64,000 nt of DNA from Promethearchaeia archaeon (lineage in GTDB: Archaea > Asgardarchaeota > Lokiarchaeia > Sigyniarchaeales > SOKP01). Below are positions 9,400 to 16,684 of this stretch, piece by piece (the first letter of the stretch is position 1; each line of letters begins with the position of its first letter). Both the position numbers and the translations under genes were made by a program. The stretch lies in NCBI GenBank assembly GCA_029856155.1, contig JAHQWL010000055.1:99872-163871 (forward strand), given 5' to 3'. The notes beneath the pieces are model-generated. The model was given only the letters and a program-made list of their open reading frames with translations, had not been told where the DNA came from and did not search any database.

Positions 9400-11079
9400 A
9401 TGTCAAAAAAAATACATGGTGGAGATATTTTAGTTAAATGTCTCCTTGAGGAGAATGTTAAATACTTGTTTGGGATTCCTGGTGGTCAACTCCTCCCAAT
9501 GTATGACGCAATTTATCAATGGGGTAGAGAAAAAGGAATTAGTACCGTATTATTTCGCCACGAACAAGTTGCAGCTCACGCAGCTGATGCTTATGCCCGA
9601 GTCACTAATACACCTGGGGTATGTTTTGGAACTGTAGGACCAGGAGCTTTGCACCTATTACCTGGAATAGGAGCTGCGTGGAGCGATAATGTTCCGGTAG
9701 TTGCTATAGTACCCCAGGTAAATGCACAATATGAAGATTCTTTCATTCTCCAAGGTAATTTAGATCAGATTGCATTGTTCAAACCAATTACTAAGTATCA
9801 AAAGTCGATTAGAAGAATAGAAGAAATTCCTGATGCTGTACATAAGATATTTCGAGAAGTAAGTAGTGGACGACCACAACCTGTGGTTTTGGAGGTTTTT
9901 TCGGATGCATTTTATGATAACATTGAAGAAGATCATTTATCTATCTTGCCTTCTAATCAATATCGAGCAATAAAAAAACCTGCTGTAGATATCTCTTTAA
10001 TAAAAGAATCTCTGGAATTACTAATATCAGCTAAAAAACCACTAATCGTATCTGGTGGCGGAGTTTTAAGAGCTGAAGCATGGAACGAGTTAAAGGAGCT
10101 TGCTGAATATTTACAAATACCCGTTATTACAAGCCTTGGAGGAACAGGATCTTTTTCGAATAAATCTAAATGTTTTCTTGGGGGTTTAAATTTGTTTTCA
10201 GTCCAAGCTACGGTAGGAGCAGATGTAGTATTAGCCCTTGGTGTTAAATTTTCATATACCTTAGCACTCGGAAAACCACCAGCTTGGGAGGATTCTCAAA
10301 AATTAATCCATGTTGATATAGATCCATCCATAATTGGAAGATCGAAACCAATAACATTGGGTATTGTAGCTGATTGCAAACAATATTTAACACAATTACT
10401 AACAGAACTAAAAAAAAGTATTCATGTTGAAAAAAGAGATTGGTTGGAAACTTTAGTCACCAATAAAAAAAAATATCACGCTACTTTTATAAAAAAAGCT
10501 AACACCAATGAAATTCCGATTACTCCTGTAAGAATGGTTAAAGAAGTTTATGAATTTATGGATGAGGATGCTATTTTAATCACCGATGGAGGAGACCTTA
10601 CTGTTTTTGCGGTAGAATCTATAAACTTATATAAGGATCGAAAACCCTTATCATACCTTCAAGCAATTGGGATGGGACACCTTGGTGTATCCGTAGGCTA
10701 CGGAATTGGGGCAAAGTTAGGAAAACCTGATAAACAGGTGATTGCTATCTGTGGAGATGGGAGCTTCATGATAAACATCCAAGATTTAGAAACAGCAGTC
10801 AGATTAGGATTGAAAAATTTAATTTTTATAATTGGGAACAATTCTTGCTGGGGAATGATTAAGAGTGACCAAGTTTTTAAATTTAATAATCGCTTTATTG
10901 ACGTAGACTTGCCTTATTGCAATTTCGGGAAAATAGCTGAATCCTTTGGATGCTACGGTGAGGAAGTTGTAGATCCTAATGAAATTAATCCTGCTTTAGA
11001 GCGTGCAAAAAATTCGGAAAAACCCGCGGTTATAGATGTTAAAATTAAATTTGAAAGCTCCAGTATGTCTGGAGGATAA
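9400..11079 (+). CDS. Thiamine-diphosphate enzyme (acetolactate synthase / 2-hydroxyacyl-CoA lyase superfamily)
   Basis: RHEQVAAHAADAYAR, TVGPG, GDGSF...NNSCWG ThDP motif. Confidence 0.9.
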   Translation: MSKKIHGGDILVKCLLEENVKYLFGIPGGQLLPMYDAIYQWGREKGISTVLFRHEQVAAHAADAYARVTNTPGVCFGTVGPGALHLLPGIGAAWSDNVPVVAIVPQVNAQYEDSFILQGNLDQIALFKPITKYQKSIRRIEEIPDAVHKIFREVSSGRPQPVVLEVFSDAFYDNIEEDHLSILPSNQYRAIKKPAVDISLIKESLELLISAKKPLIVSGGGVLRAEAWNELKELAEYLQIPVITSLGGTGSFSNKSKCFLGGLNLFSVQATVGADVVLALGVKFSYTLALGKPPAWEDSQKLIHVDIDPSIIGRSKPITLGIVADCKQYLTQLLTELKKSIHVEKRDWLETLVTNKKKYHATFIKKANTNEIPITPVRMVKEVYEFMDEDAILITDGGDLTVFAVESINLYKDRKPLSYLQAIGMGHLGVSVGYGIGAKLGKPDKQVIAICGDGSFMINIQDLETAVRLGLKNLIFIIGNNSCWGMIKSDQVFKFNNRFIDVDLPYCNFGKIAESFGCYGEEVVDPNEINPALERAKNSEKPAVIDVKIKFESSSMSGG

Positions 11080-11097
11080 TCGTTAAGTAATTAATTG

Positions 11098-12417
11098 TTA
11101 ATCAAATTTAAGAGAATACAAAATATCTCTTAAATTTTCAGAATAATAATTAGCGTTGGCATAAATGCTAATGACAATCCGATGATCATCTTTTTCAACC
11201 GAAAGATGGATGCTTATAATCTTAAAAATACCTGCGTATTTATATTCAATAACACTTTCATAAGCAGGTGTTCCGTCTCTTAAAGTTTTCGGTTCATTGG
11301 AAATAATATTTATATCTCTTGCTATATCCTTGATTCGTCCTGCAATTTGTTGGGCAGTTTCATCTAATGGTCGATCATGTATCGAAGATTTAATAACAGA
11401 AATCAAAAGATCAATACCAGGCTCTTTAGTGGCAATTAAGACCGGTTTATTCTCTGGAAAGTTCATTGGGTTTGGTTTCAATTCTATAAAACTTTCGGGG
11501 TAATATATGGAAAAAACAGGCGTATAGCTTTTAAAGATCTTCGATTTTTTTTCACTTTTTGCCTTAAATCCTTCATGCAATTCTAAAGTATCTTCACTAA
11601 TGCACTCAAACCGAGACTTTACCAATGGTATGTATTCTGGATGAGTTAAAACATAAAATATGTCGTTTTTAATTGCTTTAATCACTAATTCTGCCAAATA
11701 TTCTGGAGCCATTGCTCCCGCCAAGATTCTATTCATATTTTCCCTACTAATTTCTGATTGTTTAATCGTTTCTGCTGGTGGTTGCCAAACACCTGGTCGG
11801 TTTTGTCTAAATATATGTGTATTATTTATAATATTTGTATTAACACGCCCAGGACAAACTACAGATACGCCCACATTTGTATTAAAGCATTCTAAAGCCA
11901 AAGATTCAGAAATTGCGATTACAGCGGATTTAGATGTAGGATATGGTGAATTGTCACCTGAAAGTAATCCTGCCATTGATGAAGTATTAACAATATGGCA
12001 TGGTTCTTCACTTGTTAACATTCGATTTAAAAAATGTTGAATACCATAGATAACCCCAAAAACATTAACACCAAGAATCCAATTCCAATTTTCAAGTGTA
12101 ATTAAACTAATGCGCCCAGCTCCTCCGACCCCCGCATTGTTACAAAGTATATTTACGGACCCAAAACGTTCATAAGAAGCATCTGCTAATTGGGCCACCT
12201 GTTCTGGGTCACTCACATCTGTTATTTGAGTCATTACTTCAGTCCCGATTTCTTCAAGTTCTTTTGCTACCTTATCTAGATTTTCTTTATCGATGTCTGC
12301 TAGGACAATTTTCATCCCCCGTTTAGCAAAACCATAAGCAAGTCCACGCCCAATACCACTTGCCGCTCCCGTAATTACAGCAACCTTTCCTTTAAAATCT
12401 TTTATCATAATGTTCAC
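11098..12417 (-). CDS. SDR oxidoreductase with ~150-aa C-terminal extra domain (PsbP/DcrB-like)
   Basis: TGAASGIG, NNAG, YPTSK; the SDR ends near residue 280 and is followed by a beta-rich domain. Confidence 0.85.
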   Translation of the reverse strand: MNIMIKDFKGKVAVITGAASGIGRGLAYGFAKRGMKIVLADIDKENLDKVAKELEEIGTEVMTQITDVSDPEQVAQLADASYERFGSVNILCNNAGVGGAGRISLITLENWNWILGVNVFGVIYGIQHFLNRMLTSEEPCHIVNTSSMAGLLSGDNSPYPTSKSAVIAISESLALECFNTNVGVSVVCPGRVNTNIINNTHIFRQNRPGVWQPPAETIKQSEISRENMNRILAGAMAPEYLAELVIKAIKNDIFYVLTHPEYIPLVKSRFECISEDTLELHEGFKAKSEKKSKIFKSYTPVFSIYYPESFIELKPNPMNFPENKPVLIATKEPGIDLLISVIKSSIHDRPLDETAQQIAGRIKDIARDINIISNEPKTLRDGTPAYESVIEYKYAGIFKIISIHLSVEKDDHRIVISIYANANYYSENLRDILYSLKFD

Positions 12418-12561
12418 ATCAATTTATATTCGAAATTAGACCTTCTTTACTTAAAAGAAATTCATACTATGCTAATATGCCAAAGCTGTTAAATATAATA
12501 AAACTTAGTTACATATAATTTTCTATAAAAATCACTGATTATTATATATAAAAACTTAAAA

Positions 12562-13332
12562 GTGAAACATATGGAAGTATTAGATGGGAAAGTAGCCTTA
12601 ATAACTGGTGGCTCGAGTGGTATTGGGAAATGTATCGCTCTAACATATGCCAAAGCAGGAGCCAGTGTTGTGGTTGCAAGCCGAAAACAGGAGAATCTCG
12701 ATAAAGTAGTTGAAGAAATCAGAGCATTTGGGAGGGAATCGCTTGCTATATCTACTGATGTTAAGATTCCGGAACAGGTTGAAAATATGGTTAAACAAAC
12801 AGTAGATCATTTTGGACGACTTGATATAATGGTTAACAACGCTGGTAGGGGGATCCCGACTCAACCATTAGATATCTCTGTCAAAGAATGGAATCATGTC
12901 CTTGCTCTCAATCTCACGGGGGTTTTTCTTGGAAGTTTGGCTGCTGGTAAGGTAATGATTGAGCAGAAACAAGGTAAAATTATCAATATAGCCTCAACGG
13001 CGGGAGTTATAATGTCTCCGGGAATGATGCATTATTCTGTTGCAAAAGCAGGTGTCATCATGCTAACTAAAAATTTAGCAGCTTCATGGGCGGAGCATAA
13101 CATTAATGTAAATTGTATTGCTCCGGGGTTCACATTGACCGAAAGAATAATACAATGGGGGATATTAGCTCCTGAACAATATGATGATAGTACACCTCGA
13201 CTATTACGTCCTCCAGTTCCTAAAAATATCGCTGATCTGGCTCTTTTTCTCGCTTCGCCAGCGTCCGATCAAATAACCGGTGAACTTCTAATTATAAGGA
13301 GTCATTTTTCTTGGGATCGTGGATCCCAATAA
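12562..13332 (+). CDS. Classical SDR oxidoreductase
   Basis: TGGSSGIG, NNAG, YSVAK. Confidence 0.9.
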   Translation: MKHMEVLDGKVALITGGSSGIGKCIALTYAKAGASVVVASRKQENLDKVVEEIRAFGRESLAISTDVKIPEQVENMVKQTVDHFGRLDIMVNNAGRGIPTQPLDISVKEWNHVLALNLTGVFLGSLAAGKVMIEQKQGKIINIASTAGVIMSPGMMHYSVAKAGVIMLTKNLAASWAEHNINVNCIAPGFTLTERIIQWGILAPEQYDDSTPRLLRPPVPKNIADLALFLASPASDQITGELLIIRSHFSWDRGSQ

Positions 13333-13414
13333 ATATACAATATAAATTTATATTTAATGTGATTTTTTCTATAGTATCTTAATAAGAAAAAAGAAGTATT
13401 TAGGGAAAAACCCG

Positions 13415-14779
13415 ATGAAAGAAATAGATTTATTCGATAAGATTTATGGAGCTTGGACTGGAAAAGTTGCGGGAGGTACATTTGGGATGCCAGTTGAGGG
13501 AAGATCTCGCGTTGTCATTACTAACATGCACCCTCCTTTAGACGGATGGAGCAAGCATCATAAACAAGGTATAAATGATGATGAACAATATGAATTAATA
13601 ACTATATTAGCATTAGAAGAATTAAGTGATGATGAATTTGCGAATAAGTTTAAAGCGGGAACAATTTTGGAACCAGACTATCTTGGATCATATTGGTTGA
13701 AGTATTTACTCCCTCAGTATGTATTTACAGCAGAAAAAGCAGCGTATGATAACGCAAAAGATGGTGTCCCTTGGGAACATGCAGGTGATTACGTTTATGA
13801 GCATAAAGGTAAAGTCTATGGAAATGAGTATGCTGATTGGATTGGAGCACAAATGAAGGGAGAATTATATGGAATGTTACTCCCTGCATGGGGTTGGTAT
13901 GAAGATTCCAAAAATGATCTAGAATTATTAAAACCATGCTTAGATTTATCACTTCAAGATGCAATAATTGCTCATAGAGAGGTAGGAATTGTAGGGGAAT
14001 TATTCATCTCAGCCATTATTGCAGTAGCAATAGCACATAACCCATTTGAATATAAGGAAGAGATAAACTTCCCAAAGTCAGCAGTTCATAGATGGGATAA
14101 GGAAGAAGACGAGATTTCTGAAGGATTTAAGCAACAAGTTGACCAGGCGGGGATTTGTTCTGAAACTATAATCAGTGATATTAAACGCATTAAATCAGTC
14201 TTGCTAGAATATGCTTCTTTAAAAGATTCGATATCAACTGAAGACGTAGAAGTATATTATAGCTTTATTGATCCTATAATCGATACCTACCTCGATAATC
14301 CAGATTCAAGAGAGTGGGAAACCAATTTTTATGCTAAAACTAAAAAAGATTGGCAAAAAACTTTGGATGGTTTATGGTGGCTATTTGAAAGAAAAATGGT
14401 AAAAGATGCAATTTCCAGATTTAAAGATTTTCCAAGCATGCTCGAACGACGATTAAATTCCTTTAGTAAAAGTAAAGCTGTTCATACATTATTCAATAAT
14501 GGTGCAATTATTGTCGGTTTATTATATGGGGATGGAGATTTCATTCAGACGGTGCGTATTAGTACCTTATGTGGAGCTGATACCGATTGCAATGCTGGCA
14601 ACGCAGGAGCAATCATTGGTGCTTATTTAGGTCAGAAATTAATTCCATCATATGCGAAGCGTTTCATTCGCGGAGAAATAATACCTGGTCTTAAGGAATG
14701 GAAAGATAAATCAATATACAACCTTGCAGAGAGAACACTAACTCAAGCAGAACGTTTCAAGAGGTTTATGTCCCTTTAA
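13415..14779 (+). CDS. ADP-ribosylglycohydrolase family protein
   Basis: KIYGAWTGKVAG..GMPVEG, NDDE, WIGAQM, CGADTDCNAGNAGAIIG. Confidence 0.85.
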   Translation: MKEIDLFDKIYGAWTGKVAGGTFGMPVEGRSRVVITNMHPPLDGWSKHHKQGINDDEQYELITILALEELSDDEFANKFKAGTILEPDYLGSYWLKYLLPQYVFTAEKAAYDNAKDGVPWEHAGDYVYEHKGKVYGNEYADWIGAQMKGELYGMLLPAWGWYEDSKNDLELLKPCLDLSLQDAIIAHREVGIVGELFISAIIAVAIAHNPFEYKEEINFPKSAVHRWDKEEDEISEGFKQQVDQAGICSETIISDIKRIKSVLLEYASLKDSISTEDVEVYYSFIDPIIDTYLDNPDSREWETNFYAKTKKDWQKTLDGLWWLFERKMVKDAISRFKDFPSMLERRLNSFSKSKAVHTLFNNGAIIVGLLYGDGDFIQTVRISTLCGADTDCNAGNAGAIIGAYLGQKLIPSYAKRFIRGEIIPGLKEWKDKSIYNLAERTLTQAERFKRFMSL

Positions 14780-14831
14780 CATTCCGTAAATATTTATTTT
14801 CTAAATTCCTATAACTTTAAGAGAGAATAAT

Positions 14832-15824
14832 ATGTTGAAAAAAGACTGGCAATTGCATCACGTTTGTCTCGTTGTTAGGAACTGGAATAACGCTTTGGAT
14901 TATTATCAAAGTACAAGAATGGGGTTAAGTGTAGGTCCTCAAGCAATGTACATGGATTATCGGCATGGCGGACCCGCCGATATCTACGCTAATGATAAAG
15001 TTCCAAGGGTAAGTGGTGGTTCTGGACCAGGAAAACCTCTGAAAGTGGAATCAAAACAAGGAAGAAGAGAAAATAACTATAAGTTTATGGATAAAGACTG
15101 CCTAGTTGGGGATCTACTCCTTGAAATTGGGGAAAATCAAGGTATTCCATTAGAGGGAATTACCCACGTATGTTTCAATGTCCCAGATATCTACGCAGAA
15201 ACGGATAAACTGCTGAAAAAAGGCTGCGATCTCATGTGGAGTATTACTCAGGGTGATAATCTTTTGGAAAATCACATCGACACTCGTAAGTATGGTAACG
15301 TGGATATATCATTCAGACCTCCTGTACTCAAGCTTGAAAGAGCATGGTTAGATCATCATCTTTCGTATCCTTATCTAAAGGATTGGAAATTCCATGGAAT
15401 TGGTATTGGAGTTCGGGATCTTGATAAAGCAGTTGAATACTACGAGATGCTGGATATTATCGATTTTCAAAACGAAACTGATCTTGATGGCAATTCACTT
15501 GACTCAATTAACGTATCAAGCGAAACTATAGATTTAAATTTCAAGACGAGAGCCATTGTTGGTAAAATTGGTCCAATGGCTTTTGAGTTTATTCAACCTC
15601 TTGAAGGAAATTCTGTCTATCAAGAATCCCTTGACAGTAGAGGTGAAGGTGTTGCCGATCTTGCCTTTACAGTAGAGGATCTCGAGAAAGAAGCCGCAAC
15701 CATGATATATAGGGGCATCCCCGTAGTACTCAGCGGTAAACCTAAGAATGGTCCTGCCTTTGCTCGCTTTGATACTCGTAAAAATAGCGGTAATATCATG
15801 ATAAGACTGATCCAAAGAGAATAA
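14832..15824 (+). CDS. Tandem VOC-family (glyoxalase / methylmalonyl-CoA epimerase-like) protein
   Basis: Two repeats: LHHVCLVVRN...GITHVCFNV and FHGIGIGVRDLDKA...EFIQPLEG..RGEGVADLAFTVEDL. Confidence 0.75.
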   Translation: MLKKDWQLHHVCLVVRNWNNALDYYQSTRMGLSVGPQAMYMDYRHGGPADIYANDKVPRVSGGSGPGKPLKVESKQGRRENNYKFMDKDCLVGDLLLEIGENQGIPLEGITHVCFNVPDIYAETDKLLKKGCDLMWSITQGDNLLENHIDTRKYGNVDISFRPPVLKLERAWLDHHLSYPYLKDWKFHGIGIGVRDLDKAVEYYEMLDIIDFQNETDLDGNSLDSINVSSETIDLNFKTRAIVGKIGPMAFEFIQPLEGNSVYQESLDSRGEGVADLAFTVEDLEKEAATMIYRGIPVVLSGKPKNGPAFARFDTRKNSGNIMIRLIQRE

Positions 15825-15831
15825 TAGAAAA

Positions 15832-16545
15832 ATGGATACTGAAAAAATATGGAAAGAAGGTGAATGGACAATTGAAGCACGTCAGATAATTGATGGGCTT
15901 AAAGAGTTCCCTGACAATTCAAAAATAATCCTAATTTTAAGACATTCCCATCGAAATGAACCGACAGCATTAGAAAAAGCTCAAAAATTAAGATTAACAC
16001 CCCAAGGTCATACAATTGCTAAGAAGTTCGGCGAGAATTTACCTATTAATAGACCTATCAACATTTTCCACAGCATTATATGGCGATGCAAAGAAACGGC
16101 TCAAAATATTCATGAGGGATTTAAAAATATTGGCGGAACAAGTGAAATAAAGGGAGTACTTACAGCTCTCGCTGATGTTGGAATTACTAATAGGGAGTTT
16201 TTTTTGAATGAATTTAATAATTTTCCTGTACTTGACACCTTTTATCGATGGGTGGTTGGTCATTATGATCTTATTTATTGGAAACCGTTCATCGAGTATT
16301 GTCAATCAACTGCTCTCACTATTCTGGACCAAGTTAAAACCTCTCCTGAAAATGGGTTGAATATTTTTGTAACTCATGACTTTAATGTAATGGCTCTTAG
16401 ATTTGGATGGTTTGCGCTTCTACCAGACAAATGGGTGAAATTTCTAGGTGGATTTGCATTCACGATAGAAGAGGATCAAATCTTGCTTTTAGATTATGGC
16501 GAATTAAAACCAGTACCAATTCCATATTGGTGGAAAAAATCATGA
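15832..16545 (+). CDS. Histidine phosphatase superfamily protein
   Basis: ILRHS, LTPQG, RCKETA, FVTHD motifs. Confidence 0.85.
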   Translation: MDTEKIWKEGEWTIEARQIIDGLKEFPDNSKIILILRHSHRNEPTALEKAQKLRLTPQGHTIAKKFGENLPINRPINIFHSIIWRCKETAQNIHEGFKNIGGTSEIKGVLTALADVGITNREFFLNEFNNFPVLDTFYRWVVGHYDLIYWKPFIEYCQSTALTILDQVKTSPENGLNIFVTHDFNVMALRFGWFALLPDKWVKFLGGFAFTIEEDQILLLDYGELKPVPIPYWWKKS

Positions 16546-16583
16546 AAGCTCCAAATTGAAAAAGAAATTAAACTTTTGATAAA

Positions 16584-16616
16584 AATGCTGCATGAAATTT
16601 TTCTGCTAATTCATTC
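16584..16616. repeat. 33-nt exact dispersed copy of 30641..30673
   Basis: aatgctgcatgaaatttttctgctaattcattc occurs identically here (intergenic) and inside the crotonase gene 30124..30924. Confidence 0.9.
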
Positions 16617-16684
16617 CGAGACCGCAATTGATAAAAGAAAAACTTAATATATAAATCTAAAAAAAAATTTAAATTTAGATTTTT

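Noticed and set aside
16576-16636. Mini-CRISPR array (33-nt spacer-sized self match between short repeats)
   Set aside because: Flanking repeats are only 9 nt and AT-rich, there is a single unit, and no cas genes are visible
16543-16647. Selenocysteine or readthrough of the TGA ending the histidine phosphatase (frame stays open for ~33 codons)
   Set aside because: The protein is already complete at WWKKS, there is no redox motif, and the extension runs through the copied crotonase fragment
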